Source: an uncultured Candidatus Rokubacteria bacterium (GTDB lineage Bacteria; Methylomirabilota; Methylomirabilia; Rokubacteriales; CSP1-6). Taken from it: 64,000 nt of DNA. The notes beneath the pieces are model-generated. The model had not been told where the DNA came from. It made no database searches and saw only the letters and a program-made list of their open reading frames with translations. The DNA is taken from contig CAVYTA010000005.1 in NCBI GenBank assembly GCA_963771355.1, forward strand, positions 416,001-480,000. The letters are read 5' to 3'. Of the stretch, positions 48,413 through 58,802 are shown piece by piece. The position numbers and the translations under genes are program-made. Numbering within the stretch: the stretch's first letter is position 1; each line of letters opens with the position of its first letter.

Positions 48413-50893
48413 ATGACGAACGAGCCGCGTCACCGGCCGCTGCGCCCGCAGTGGGCCGAAGAGCCGGGATTCGCCCGCTGGGCGGGAGGTTATGGCGTCA
48501 TCCGCCACCGCGAGCCCACGCAGACCCGTATCCACCAGATGGCCACGATGCTGGCGGCGGGCGGGGGGCCCGGCGACGGCGTCAATCTCTACGAGCTGCT
48601 CCACGCCCTCGATCGCCTGGCGAGCGCAGGAATGTGGCTGGTGGCCCACCAGACCTACGCCCGCAGCGTCTACCTCGATGGCCGGGCCCTCGAGCCGGCC
48701 GATTTCAAGACTCGACCCGACGGGCACACGGGCGGTGCGCTGAACATGGTGCCCGCCTACGCCGCGTACCTCGCCGCCAATGCCCTGAGCGGGCTCACGC
48801 GCGGATGGCTGATGGGGCAGGGACATTGCGTGGCCGCGATCGATGCTCTCAACGTGCTGGTCGGGAACATGACGCCGGCCCACGCGGCCCGCTATGCCGT
48901 GACCGACGAAGGGCTCACGCGGTACGTGCGGGACTTCTACTCCTACCGGGTGGGGCCGGACGGGCGTCCGGAGTCGCCGCTCGGAAGCCACGTCAATGCG
49001 CACACCGCCGGCGGGCTCGCCGAGGGTGGCTATCTGGGCTTCGCCGAGCTGCAGTGGGTGCATATGCCTCTGCCGGGCGAGCGGCTGGTCGTGTTCCTGT
49101 CCGACGGTGCCTTCGAGGAGCAGCGCGGGAGCGACTGGGCGCCCCGCTGGTGGCGAGCGGAGGACTCCGGCCTGGTGATCCCCATCATGATTCAGAACGG
49201 CCGCCGCATCGACCAGCGCACGACCATGTCGCAGCAGGGGGGCGCCGCCTGGCTGGTCCGCCATCTGCGTCTGAATGGGTTCGATCCGATCGTGTTCGAC
49301 GGCCGCGATCCGGCGGCGTTCGTGTGGGCGATCTTCGAGATCGAGCGGCGACTGGAGCGTCTGGCGGAAGAGATCAGGGATGGCAAGCGCCGGTATCCGG
49401 TCCCGCTCCCGTACGGCATTGCGGTGGCGCCGAAGGGCTATGGCTTCCCCGGCGCGGGAACCAACCTGGCCCACAACCTGCCCCTCATGGCGAACCCGCG
49501 CACCGACCGCGACGCGGCCGGACGCTTCAACCGCGGCGCCCGGCGGCTCTGGGTGGCGGCCGAGGACCTCGAGCCGGCGCGGGAGAAGTTGCAGCAGCAT
49601 CGCGTCTCCGGCCGGCCGCCCGAGCGTGACCATCCGCTGGCGCACCGCGACGTCCAGCTCCGCGAGATGCCGGCGCCCCCCTACCGCGAAGTCCCCGCCC
49701 TCGACCGCGCCGATCCGCGGCGCTGGACGACGGCCTCGCCGATGGCGGCCGTCGACCGGACCTTCGCGGCGATCGTGCGCGCCAACCCCCACCTCCGGCC
49801 GCGCGTCGGGAACCCGGACGAGATGCGCTCGAACCGGCTCCTGGAGACCCTCGATCTCCTCAAATTCCGCGTGACGGAGCCCGAGTCGAGCGTGCCGGAA
49901 TCCATCCATGGCGCGGTGATCACGGCGCTGAACGAGGAGGCGGTGGCGAGCGCCGCGCTCGCGAACAAGGGCGGCATCAACCTGGTCCACACCTACGAAG
50001 CGTTCGGCACGAAGATGCACGGCGCGTTCCGCCAGGAGATCGTCTTCGCGAACCACTGCGCGGAGGCCGGCCGCCCGCCACAGTGGCTCTCCATCCCGCT
50101 GATCCTCACCTCCCACACGTGGGAGAACGCGAAGAACGAGCAGTCCCACCAGGACCCGAGCATGTGCGAAGCGATGCTCGGCGAGCTCTCGCCCGTGTCC
50201 CGGGTGCTCTGCCCGGCGGATTTCAACACGGCGGCCGCGGTGATGGAGGCGGTCTACCGGACCCACGGCCAGATCTGGACGATCGTGGTCTCGAAGGGCG
50301 AGACCATTCCCGATCTGTTCCCGGTGGAGGAGGCGCAGCGGCTGATGGTCCAGGGCGGCGCCCGGCTCGACTGGGCCGGTCATCGGGCCGACCGGGCAGA
50401 AATCACGCTGGTCGCGATCGGCGCCTACCAGCTCGGCGAGGTGCTCCGGGCAGGACGCCGTCTCACCGAGCGCGGGATCCCGCACACCGTCGTCTATCTC
50501 CTCGAGCCCGGACGGTTCCGCGCCCCGCGCACCGCGGCCGAGGCGGCGCATCAGGCTCCGGACGCCGTGCGCCAGGCCCTCTTCCCGGACACGGTGTCGC
50601 GGCTTGTTCTCGTGACGCACACGCGCCCGGAGCCGATGCGCGGGCTCCTCGCCCCGTTTCACGGCCGCGGGCCGACGGCCGCCCTCGGCTACGTGAGCGC
50701 GGGGGGCACCTACGACACGCCCGGTCTCCTCTTCGCCAACCGCTCGACCTGGGCGCACTGCGTCGCGGAGGCAGCGCGGCTCCTCGAGCTGCCGCGGGCG
50801 CGACTCCTCGACGAACCGGAGATCCAGGTGCTGGACGGAACGCGGAGTCCCCATGGCGTGATCCTTCCCGACGTTCCGGACGGAAGGGGGTAG
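48413..50893 (+). CDS. Phosphoketolase (XFP)-family TPP enzyme, divergent
   Basis: GHTGG, GQGH, EGGYLG, SDGAFE, NPDEMRSN, SHQDP; adjacent to ackA. Confidence 0.8.
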   Translation: MTNEPRHRPLRPQWAEEPGFARWAGGYGVIRHREPTQTRIHQMATMLAAGGGPGDGVNLYELLHALDRLASAGMWLVAHQTYARSVYLDGRALEPADFKTRPDGHTGGALNMVPAYAAYLAANALSGLTRGWLMGQGHCVAAIDALNVLVGNMTPAHAARYAVTDEGLTRYVRDFYSYRVGPDGRPESPLGSHVNAHTAGGLAEGGYLGFAELQWVHMPLPGERLVVFLSDGAFEEQRGSDWAPRWWRAEDSGLVIPIMIQNGRRIDQRTTMSQQGGAAWLVRHLRLNGFDPIVFDGRDPAAFVWAIFEIERRLERLAEEIRDGKRRYPVPLPYGIAVAPKGYGFPGAGTNLAHNLPLMANPRTDRDAAGRFNRGARRLWVAAEDLEPAREKLQQHRVSGRPPERDHPLAHRDVQLREMPAPPYREVPALDRADPRRWTTASPMAAVDRTFAAIVRANPHLRPRVGNPDEMRSNRLLETLDLLKFRVTEPESSVPESIHGAVITALNEEAVASAALANKGGINLVHTYEAFGTKMHGAFRQEIVFANHCAEAGRPPQWLSIPLILTSHTWENAKNEQSHQDPSMCEAMLGELSPVSRVLCPADFNTAAAVMEAVYRTHGQIWTIVVSKGETIPDLFPVEEAQRLMVQGGARLDWAGHRADRAEITLVAIGAYQLGEVLRAGRRLTERGIPHTVVYLLEPGRFRAPRTAAEAAHQAPDAVRQALFPDTVSRLVLVTHTRPEPMRGLLAPFHGRGPTAALGYVSAGGTYDTPGLLFANRSTWAHCVAEAARLLELPRARLLDEPEIQVLDGTRSPHGVILPDVPDGRG

Positions 50894-50921
50894 CTTGGCC
50901 AGCGGACCGGGCGAGCGATGG

Positions 50922-52055
50922 TTACACGTCGATCACATACAGCTCATCCGTCGAGAACTTCGGCGAGATGAGCTCCGGGCCGTCACGCCGGACCACGACC
51001 ATATCTTGCAGGTGCCAGGACCCATGGTGAGGCTCGATCGCCAGCACCATGCCCTCCTCGAGCGGTGTATTTCGACCAGGCGTGACGATCGGTTCTTGCT
51101 GATGGAACCACGGCCCGACGCCGTGGCCAAAAATCGAGGACGTGTACTTGATCCCGTGCTTGCTTCCCTCGTGGATCACGAGCTGATAGATGTCTTTGGC
51201 GAGGGCGCCGGGCCGGCAGGCGTCGATCGTCTTGCGGTGAATGTCGAGGGTTATGGCGTACTGGCGCTGTTGCTCGGCGGTTGGCCGCCCCAGAATCGCC
51301 ATTCGTGATTGGTGCCCCGGATAGCCGTTCAGGTAGGCGATGTAGTCCGTTCTCACGAGGTCACCCTTGTTGAACGTCGCGTCGCCCTCGCCGCCATACA
51401 GAACTGGGTTGCGGCTCGTATTCAAGATCCCGTGAGCCCATCCGGCGCCGCGACGGATACAGCTCCCGACGATCCGACTGTGAACGTCGCGCTCCGTCTC
51501 GCCGTTCCGAATGGTCGGGAACACCTCTGCGTATGCGTCATCCAGGAGATCGGCACCGCGACGCAGTAGAGCGATCTCGCCGGGCGTCTTGATCCACCGC
51601 ACCTTCTCCAGCATGTCGGAACAGTCCGTCATCCTCAGCGCCGGCAACAGCTTCTGAACCTCTTCCCAGTGCAGCGCGCTGACATAGTCCTTCTCGAAGC
51701 CGACCTGCTCGCGGTCCATCCCGAGGCTCTTCAGCACCCGGCTCAGGCAGGTGTACGCGGACTCGACGTAGGCTTCGTACAGCTCGATACGCGTGACGGC
51801 GGCGTCACGCTTGGTCACGCCGGCGTTGCTGTAGTCGCACACGATGACCGGCTCGCCGTGGCGGGGCCAGACGAGCAAGAGGCCGCGCACCGAACCGGTG
51901 AGATCAAGGTGACGAGACAGCGTGCCCGGGTAGGCGATGCCCGCCAGGTACGTGACGTTGATGCCGGACCGCACGACCACCGCGGCCAGCCGTTCCTTGT
52001 CCATGAAGCGGTGGAGCCGGTCGACGTTCGCGATCTGTTGACGACTCTCCGCCAT
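50922..52055 (-). CDS. M24 family (Xaa-Pro peptidase/creatinase-like) hydrolase
   Basis: RWIKTPGEI, GHGVG, GMVLAIEP. Confidence 0.85.
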   Translation of the reverse strand: MAESRQQIANVDRLHRFMDKERLAAVVVRSGINVTYLAGIAYPGTLSRHLDLTGSVRGLLLVWPRHGEPVIVCDYSNAGVTKRDAAVTRIELYEAYVESAYTCLSRVLKSLGMDREQVGFEKDYVSALHWEEVQKLLPALRMTDCSDMLEKVRWIKTPGEIALLRRGADLLDDAYAEVFPTIRNGETERDVHSRIVGSCIRRGAGWAHGILNTSRNPVLYGGEGDATFNKGDLVRTDYIAYLNGYPGHQSRMAILGRPTAEQQRQYAITLDIHRKTIDACRPGALAKDIYQLVIHEGSKHGIKYTSSIFGHGVGPWFHQQEPIVTPGRNTPLEEGMVLAIEPHHGSWHLQDMVVVRRDGPELISPKFSTDELYVIDV

Positions 52056-52084
52056 TGCTTCCTCCCTTGGCCCGACGCTTCAGC

Positions 52085-52906
52085 TCAGACTTCGAGGCTG
52101 GAGTCGAGAGCGTCGCGCAGTCGGTCTGCGACGACATTCAGTGATAGTACGGTGATGGAGACCGCCAGTCCGGGACACGTGGCCAGCCACCATGCGCTCG
52201 CCACATAGGCCCGGCCATCGGCCAGCATCGAACCCCAGCTCGGATACGGTGGCCGGATGCCGAGCCCGAGGAAGCTCAAGGCCGACTCCAGGAGCATCAT
52301 GCGGCCTATTTCAAGGGCAGTGAGGATGACGAGCGAGGGGACGACGTTGGGCAAGAGATGCCGAACGATGATGCGAAGGTTGCTTCCTCCCAGGGATCGG
52401 CACGCGACGACAAACTCGCGGCTGCGAAGGGAGAGCACCTCGGCCCGGACGACGCGTGCGTACACGACCCATCCGGTGATCGTCAGGACGATGATGATGT
52501 TGGCCAGGCTCGGCCCATAGATGCCGACGATGGCGAGGGCCAAGAGCATGAAGGGCATTGAAAGCTGGATGTCGACCAACCGCATCAGGAGGGCATCGGC
52601 GGCCCCGCCGTAGTAGCCGCCGACCAGCGCAACCACCAGGCCCAGAGTCGCCGAGACGGCGACGGCCAGCCCCCCGACCGCCAGGGCGATGCGGGCGCCG
52701 TAGACCAGGCGAGCGAGAACGTCACGGCCCAGATGGTCCGTGCCAAGTATGTGTGCCGATGACCCGCCCGGCATGAACATCGGGGGTTGGAGTCGATCGA
52801 TGACGTTTTGCTCCAGGGGGTCATACGGGACGACGAGCGGAGCCGCGATCCCCGCCACCACGACGAGCGTGGTGACCAGTACCGCGAGCAGGAGGGCGAG
52901 GCTCAT
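52085..52906 (-). CDS. Peptide ABC permease (DppC-like)
   Basis: LGTDHLGRD, EFVVACRSLG, LSFLGLG. Confidence 0.9.
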   Translation of the reverse strand: MSLALLLAVLVTTLVVVAGIAAPLVVPYDPLEQNVIDRLQPPMFMPGGSSAHILGTDHLGRDVLARLVYGARIALAVGGLAVAVSATLGLVVALVGGYYGGAADALLMRLVDIQLSMPFMLLALAIVGIYGPSLANIIIVLTITGWVVYARVVRAEVLSLRSREFVVACRSLGGSNLRIIVRHLLPNVVPSLVILTALEIGRMMLLESALSFLGLGIRPPYPSWGSMLADGRAYVASAWWLATCPGLAVSITVLSLNVVADRLRDALDSSLEV

Positions 52907-52910
52907 ACCG

Positions 52911-53831
52911 TTACCCGAGCTCGATCCGGGGATCGATCCAGCGATACAGCACGTCGACGATGAGATTCAGAGAGACGAAGATGGCGGACACCAGCAAGAC
53001 AATGGTCTGGACAACGGGATAGTCGCGCCCGTAGATCGCATCGACCGCCAGGCGCCCGAGTCCAGGCCAGGCAAAGATGGTCTCCGTGATGACGGTGCCG
53101 CCCAGCAGCGTGCCGAATTCGATCCCGACAATGGTAATGATCGGCAAGCCGGCGTTCTTCAGCGCGTGCTTCAAGACCACACTGGTCACGGGAAGGCCCT
53201 TGGCCTCCGCCGTGCGGATGTAGTCACTCTTGAGTACTTCGAGCATTCCGGAGCGGGTCAACCGCGCGATACGCGCGATGAAGAAGGCCGACAGAGTCAC
53301 CGCGGGGAGGACGAGGTGAGCCAGAGTGCCGTAGCCGAATGCGGGCAGCAGGCGCCACTGCACGGAGACGAGCAGGATCAGCATCACCCCTAGCCAGTAG
53401 CTGGGCATGGACTGGCCGAGCACCACCGCGGTCATCGTGAGCCGGTCGATGAGGGAGTTGCGCCGTAGCGCCGAGACGATGCCGGCGGGCAGGGCGACGG
53501 CGAGGGTCAACAGCATGGCGGCACTGGCAAGGAGCACGGTGGCCGGGAGCCGGCGGGTGACGACGTCCAGGACCGGCTCCTGAAACTTGATAGACACCCC
53601 GAAGTCGCCCCGCAGCGCGCTCACCAGGAATCGTCTGTATTGCTGAATGAGCGGGTCCTCGAAGCCAAACTGACGCCGCACCCGGGCGATATCCTCCTGG
53701 GTGGCGTCCTGAGGCAGGAACAGCAAGACCGGGTCTCCCGTCATCCGGACCAGCGAGAAGACGACCATGGAGATGACGACGAGCGTGATCGCCGCGTAGA
53801 TCAGACGGCGGACAAGCCAGCTCGTCGTCAT
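52911..53831 (-). CDS. Peptide ABC permease (DppB-like)
   Basis: DYIRTAEAKG, ETIFAWPGLG, IDPRI. Confidence 0.9.
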   Translation of the reverse strand: MTTSWLVRRLIYAAITLVVISMVVFSLVRMTGDPVLLFLPQDATQEDIARVRRQFGFEDPLIQQYRRFLVSALRGDFGVSIKFQEPVLDVVTRRLPATVLLASAAMLLTLAVALPAGIVSALRRNSLIDRLTMTAVVLGQSMPSYWLGVMLILLVSVQWRLLPAFGYGTLAHLVLPAVTLSAFFIARIARLTRSGMLEVLKSDYIRTAEAKGLPVTSVVLKHALKNAGLPIITIVGIEFGTLLGGTVITETIFAWPGLGRLAVDAIYGRDYPVVQTIVLLVSAIFVSLNLIVDVLYRWIDPRIELG

Positions 53832-53850
53832 TGCCCCAGATGGACTTCGG

Positions 53851-55404
53851 TTACTTCCGCTCCGCCTCGTACAGCAAGATCATCTCGCCGATCGCCGGAT
53901 TCCAGACGACGTTCTGGCGCACCGCGAAGATGGAGTTCGTCTGGTGTGCGGGCAAGAGGGGAGCCTGGTCGATCGCGAGGGCCTGCGCTTTCGCGTACAG
54001 GGCCTTTCGCGCCTCGGGATCGCTGACCTCACGCGCCCGATCCAGCAGCCCGTCGAACTCCTTGTTGTCGAACCAGCTGAACGGCGACTGCGAGTGCAAT
54101 TGGAAGAACATCGTGTCCCCGACGTCGAACCGTCCTCCACCGCCCCAGCCGATCATGCCGAGATCGTACGACTTCTTGTCTCTCATCGCGGTGAGCCAGG
54201 CCCCGTACTCGCCCGGGCTGAGCTTCACGCGGACGCCGAGCTTGCCGAACTGCTGCGCGACGTACTCCGCCACCGACTCGCCCATCAGGTAGCGGCCTCC
54301 GGTGGGAAAGATGAAGAGCAGCTCCGGGATTCCTTGGCCATTGGCATGGCCGGCCTCGCTGAGCAGCTTCTTGGCGCGGTCGAGGTTGGGCTTGTGAAGG
54401 GCGAGATTCGGATTGAACCCGAACGCGCGCGGATCGAGCGGCAGGGCCCGCTGCACGCCATGCCCTCGCAGGAGCCGCTTCACCACCAGGTCCATATCGA
54501 TCGCCAGCCCGAGGGCCTGACGAACGCGCACATCGGCCAGCGGGCCACCGCGCGTGGTATTGATCTGGACGTGGGGTGGCATCCCATCGACGTCCGTCTC
54601 GGCGATGCGCACGTTGGCGTCGCGCTTGATGGTGTCGATCGTGTCCGGAGGAACGGCGGCGATGATGTCGGCCTGGCCGGTCAGGATGGCGGAGACACGA
54701 GTCGACGCCTCCGGAATCGCCTGGAAGACGACGGTCTTGATCTTCGGTGCCCCGCGCCAGTAGTCCTTATTGGCCTCGAGCTCCACCGACTCGCCTTTCG
54801 ACCACTTGACCACGCGATACGGGCCGGTGCCGACAGGGTTGGCCGCGAAGTGCTGATCGCCCTTCTCGCGTACGTATTTCGGGGGCAGCATCGAGATCGT
54901 GCCGGTGAATCCGGGCGTGGTGAAGCGCTCCGGAAGCATGGGCATCGGCCTTTTCGTGATGATGTTGACGGTGTACGGATCCACGATCTCGACGCGGTCG
55001 ATGAGGACGTTCAGTCCCCGAGACGGGGACTTCTGCTCGGGGTTCAGCACCCGGTCGACACTGAACTTGACCGCATCCGCGTTGAACTCTTCGCCGTTGT
55101 GGAACTTCACGCCTCGCCGCAGCTTGAATTGCCAGGTGGTGTCGTTGAGGAGGCGGTAGGATTCGGCGAGCCCGGGGCCGTAGCCGAAGGTCTTCATGTC
55201 CCGGAAGAGCAGCGTCTCGAACGTGTTGCGGGCGATGTTCCAGGTCGGCAGCGAAGCGCTCATTTGCGGATCGAGCGTCTCGGGATCCGCGGCCGTTCCC
55301 ACCACGATGCGCCCGGCCGGTTCGGCGGCCTCGATCGGCGCGCCTGAAGGGATGAGTACGGCGAGCATGACGATAGCCAGGAGGCACAACCTTCGCGATG
55401 CCAT
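53851..55404 (-). CDS. Family 5 ABC substrate-binding protein
   Basis: Signal peptide, LRRGVKFHNG, PVGTGPY; AAAGGAGA RBS. Confidence 0.9.
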   Translation of the reverse strand: MASRRLCLLAIVMLAVLIPSGAPIEAAEPAGRIVVGTAADPETLDPQMSASLPTWNIARNTFETLLFRDMKTFGYGPGLAESYRLLNDTTWQFKLRRGVKFHNGEEFNADAVKFSVDRVLNPEQKSPSRGLNVLIDRVEIVDPYTVNIITKRPMPMLPERFTTPGFTGTISMLPPKYVREKGDQHFAANPVGTGPYRVVKWSKGESVELEANKDYWRGAPKIKTVVFQAIPEASTRVSAILTGQADIIAAVPPDTIDTIKRDANVRIAETDVDGMPPHVQINTTRGGPLADVRVRQALGLAIDMDLVVKRLLRGHGVQRALPLDPRAFGFNPNLALHKPNLDRAKKLLSEAGHANGQGIPELLFIFPTGGRYLMGESVAEYVAQQFGKLGVRVKLSPGEYGAWLTAMRDKKSYDLGMIGWGGGGRFDVGDTMFFQLHSQSPFSWFDNKEFDGLLDRAREVSDPEARKALYAKAQALAIDQAPLLPAHQTNSIFAVRQNVVWNPAIGEMILLYEAERK

Positions 55405-55449
55405 GACAGACTCTCCTTTTGGCGGGACGTGGGCGGTCGGCACTAGCGA

Positions 55450-55842
55450 CTAAACAACCGCGATCGCCTCGATCTCGATGAGCCAGTCCGGATGGGCGAG
55501 CGCGCAGACTTGCACGAGGGTCGAGGCCGGCGACCGCTTCCCAAAAAATTGCTCCCGGATGGCCGCGTAGTCCGGGCGATAGCGCATGTCGGTGACATAA
55601 GTATTCAATCGCAGGACGTTCTGCAGCGTGCCTCCTTGCGATTCGACCATGGTCTTGATCATGCCCATGACTTCCCGCGCCTGGGCCTTGAAGTCGCGGG
55701 GGTGCGCCACGCCGCCGTCCTTGTCGTACGACACCTGCCCGGACAGAACCAGGATGGTCTGGCCGCCGGTCACTTTGACGCCCTGGCTGTAGACGCGTGG
55801 ATCGTACACGCCCGGTGCGCAGAAGGGTTCGATGGTCGCCAC
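55450..55842 (-). CDS. Rid (YjgF/YER057c/UK114) family protein
   Basis: YSQGV, LSGQV, PASTLVQV, LIEIEAIA. Confidence 0.85.
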   Translation of the reverse strand: MATIEPFCAPGVYDPRVYSQGVKVTGGQTILVLSGQVSYDKDGGVAHPRDFKAQAREVMGMIKTMVESQGGTLQNVLRLNTYVTDMRYRPDYAAIREQFFGKRSPASTLVQVCALAHPDWLIEIEAIAVV

Positions 55843-55871
55843 GCGAGGTCCCCTTTTCGGTAGGCTGCTGG

Positions 55872-56600
55872 TTAGGGTTTGATATTGAGCAAGCGCGCCA
55901 GATTCCCGCCGAGAACCAGCTCGAGGTCGCTATCCTTGCGCGCGGCCTTCTTGATCTTCAGCACCTCGACGTCGAAGTCTCCCCACGGCGCATCGCTTCC
56001 GAAGATGTACTTTTCGGCCCCGATGTCGTCGATGCCGTCCGCGATCCCGGCGGGGAGGAGGCAGGTGGTTTCGATGAAGAGGTTCGGCCGGGTCTGGCTG
56101 GCTCGGACCGCCTCCGCTCGCGACCACATGAACCCGCCGTGGGCCATGATGAGGTTGACGGTGCGGAATCGATCGGCCATCTCGGCAAACGCATACACCG
56201 TGTTGTACACGTTGTCCGCGAGGCCGTGACAGAGGATCGGGATCTGATATCGCTGGCAGACCTCGAAGAGCGGGTCGACGATCTTGAAGTTGTTGAGGTG
56301 GAACCCATCGGCGAACGGATGGAGCTTCAGGCCCTTGAAGCCCTTGCGGGTGATGAGCTGCTCGAGCTGGTCCGCCGCGCCGGGGACCTTGGGATTGATG
56401 AAGGCAAACGGGATGAGCTCATCGCCACCTTGCACTGACTGCGAGACGTAGTCATTGTCCTGCACGTCGTAGAAGGAGAAGACGCAGCAGCGTGCGATGT
56501 CCGATGCCGTCATTCGGGTGAGGAGATTCGCCCGCGTGAATTCGGCAGCCCGATATGCGTAATTGGGTTTTCCAACGTGCGCGTGGACGTCGAGAATCAT
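55872..56600 (-). CDS. Amidohydrolase family 2 protein
   Basis: DVHAH, GLKLHP, LCHG, MAHGG, FGSDAP. Confidence 0.88.
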   Translation of the reverse strand: MILDVHAHVGKPNYAYRAAEFTRANLLTRMTASDIARCCVFSFYDVQDNDYVSQSVQGGDELIPFAFINPKVPGAADQLEQLITRKGFKGLKLHPFADGFHLNNFKIVDPLFEVCQRYQIPILCHGLADNVYNTVYAFAEMADRFRTVNLIMAHGGFMWSRAEAVRASQTRPNLFIETTCLLPAGIADGIDDIGAEKYIFGSDAPWGDFDVEVLKIKKAARKDSDLELVLGGNLARLLNIKP

Positions 56601-56803
56601 CGCGGCCTCCCATCGTCAGACCGGAGGGACTACGGCTGAGCAATTGACTACGGTGCACGGCGCGGTCAAGTGGAGACGCCCGCAAGCGGGCGCATGGTAG
56701 CACGCAGCTATGACGAGGGCGAGGGGAAACAACCCAAAGCGGAGGAGCAATGCGTCCCGTAGGCCCCCGCGGTCCGTTCGGGTCTCGCCCCGTGTCGGCG
56801 TCG

Positions 56804-58738
56804 TCAGGCGGGCACGAGCACCTGGACCTCGTTCGCCTTCAGAGCCACGGCGAGCGCAGCGGTGTGGCCCGTCGTGATCTGACCCTCGTGGTGAAACCGC
56901 GCCGCCGGGAGCACGGCGACGGTGGCCTTACCGCTGGTGCCGTGGTTGCTGTACGCGATCCTCAGCTCGCGCGCCGCCGGGTTCAGGTCCCGGTCGATCA
57001 CGACCAAGCCCGAGAAGCTGCGGCCGGCGGTGTTCGCCACGACGAGAACCTCGCGGTCGACCAGGATGCGCGAGAAGGCCACCACGCCGCCTTGGCCCAA
57101 CGAGTGGCCGAAGTCGACGCCGTTGCCCGAGACCTCGCGGAAGTACAGTCGGCCGTAGGCGAGCGGCGGCTCGTCCTGCCGGAGCCGGGCCAGCGCCTCG
57201 ATGGCGCGGAACGTCGGGTGCGTGACGTCGAAGGCGGTCGGCGCCTTGCCCCAGAGCGCCTCCCGGCTGGACTCGTTCGCGCTCAGGTCGGGGTTTCCGG
57301 CCTCGTTCACCGTTCCCGGGAGCCCCTGCTCGGTGCCGTAGTAGACGCACGGGATGCCCTGGAGGGTGAAGAGCAGCGTCACCGCCAGGGTCACCTGGTC
57401 GGGCGGTGTGTCCGGGTGCTGGATCCGCTCCTTCTGGTCGTGGTTGTCCAGGAAGCTCACGAAGAACCGCCCCGCTTCACCGTGGGAGCTGAGCAGCTCC
57501 TGCTCCTGCTGCTTGCGGTCGAGAAACACGCGTTGAACGGCGCGGACGTCCGTCATTCCCTTGGCGACGGCGGGCAACGTATGGAACAGGGGGAAATCGA
57601 GGGCGGCGTCGATGCCAAACCCGTCTCCGGACCCGCCGTTGCGCCCGATGAACTGCGCGATGGTGGCCTCGTCGTCATAGACCTCGCCGAAGACGAAGAA
57701 ATTCTTCTTCCCCACGCTCAGCGCGAACTCGCGCATCGCGTTGCCGAAGACCTCGATCGTCTCGGGGTCGACGTACTTGACGGTGTCGACGCGGAAGCCG
57801 TCGATGTCGTACCGAGCGACCAGGTACTGATGGATGCGGATGAGGATCGACAGCACGGGATGCACGCCGTACTTCCCACGCAGGCTCTCCTGGCCCGGGA
57901 TCCCCGCCTCGTACTCGACGACCAGCTGGCGCATGTCGCCGAAATCACCGCGGACGAACCCGCGACCGTCCGGGTCGTCGGTCAGCTTGCTCCCGCGCCG
58001 GCGGAAGAAGACATGCTCCTGGAGATCGGCCGGCCAGACGGCGTCGTCTGGTGAGAGCTGCGCGGGCTCGGGCAGGCCCGCGTCCGTCCACTCGCTGCGC
58101 GGCGTCCCGTGTCCATCCACCCACTGGACGGAGGGCTCGCTGCCGAGCGGACCGTCCATCACGGCCGGATCGCCGAAGACCGAGACGACGCCCGCGGGCC
58201 TGACGTAGTCGAACACGCGCCCGGAATGATTCAGGACGATATCGAGGACGATGAACATGCCGCGGGCGTGCGCCTCGTCGACGAGCTCGCCGAGCTCCCG
58301 CTCGGCGGTGGCCGCCGTCCCGTCCGAGGCGAACCGCTCGTCCACCGTCAGGAAGTCCTGGGCCCCGTAGCCGTGATAGTTGAAGCGGGTGAGCGGCGCG
58401 GAGTTCTTCAGGACCGGTGAGAGCCAGATCGCCTTGACGCCCAGCCGCTCGAGGTAGGGGAGCTGAGCCTGGACGCCCTTGAGCGTGCCGCCCTGGCGGA
58501 AGTCGAACCGCTGGTTCCACGCGCCTCGAGGCGGCTGCGTCGGGTGGTTGAAGCGGTCGACGAGCAGGAAGTACATCCAGCAGTCGCGCCAGTCTCCGGG
58601 AGAGGGGAAGGGCGACGGAATCGTCCGCGGCTGGCCGTCCACGGTGACCGTCTTGGTCCGCCGCTGGCGCGCGCCGGCCTGGGCATCCAGGATTGCCTGG
58701 GAAACCATCGGGCTGGAGATCGAGGCCTTCTGGGGCAT
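56804..58738 (-). CDS. GH13 alpha-amylase family glycoside hydrolase
   Basis: DIVLNH, GFRVDTVKY, FGEVY, FLDNHD catalytic regions; GGAGG RBS before ATG 58738. Confidence 0.9.
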   Translation of the reverse strand: MPQKASISSPMVSQAILDAQAGARQRRTKTVTVDGQPRTIPSPFPSPGDWRDCWMYFLLVDRFNHPTQPPRGAWNQRFDFRQGGTLKGVQAQLPYLERLGVKAIWLSPVLKNSAPLTRFNYHGYGAQDFLTVDERFASDGTAATAERELGELVDEAHARGMFIVLDIVLNHSGRVFDYVRPAGVVSVFGDPAVMDGPLGSEPSVQWVDGHGTPRSEWTDAGLPEPAQLSPDDAVWPADLQEHVFFRRRGSKLTDDPDGRGFVRGDFGDMRQLVVEYEAGIPGQESLRGKYGVHPVLSILIRIHQYLVARYDIDGFRVDTVKYVDPETIEVFGNAMREFALSVGKKNFFVFGEVYDDEATIAQFIGRNGGSGDGFGIDAALDFPLFHTLPAVAKGMTDVRAVQRVFLDRKQQEQELLSSHGEAGRFFVSFLDNHDQKERIQHPDTPPDQVTLAVTLLFTLQGIPCVYYGTEQGLPGTVNEAGNPDLSANESSREALWGKAPTAFDVTHPTFRAIEALARLRQDEPPLAYGRLYFREVSGNGVDFGHSLGQGGVVAFSRILVDREVLVVANTAGRSFSGLVVIDRDLNPAARELRIAYSNHGTSGKATVAVLPAARFHHEGQITTGHTAALAVALKANEVQVLVPA

Positions 58739-58802
58739 GGGACACCTCCGCAGACTCTTGCTTCGGATCGGCGCACGACCAGGCGCGAAAAAAGCTCCCC
58801 GA

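Noticed and set aside
55450..55842. Canonical ridA
   Set aside because: The catalytic Arg position is Ser, so the gene symbol is withheld.
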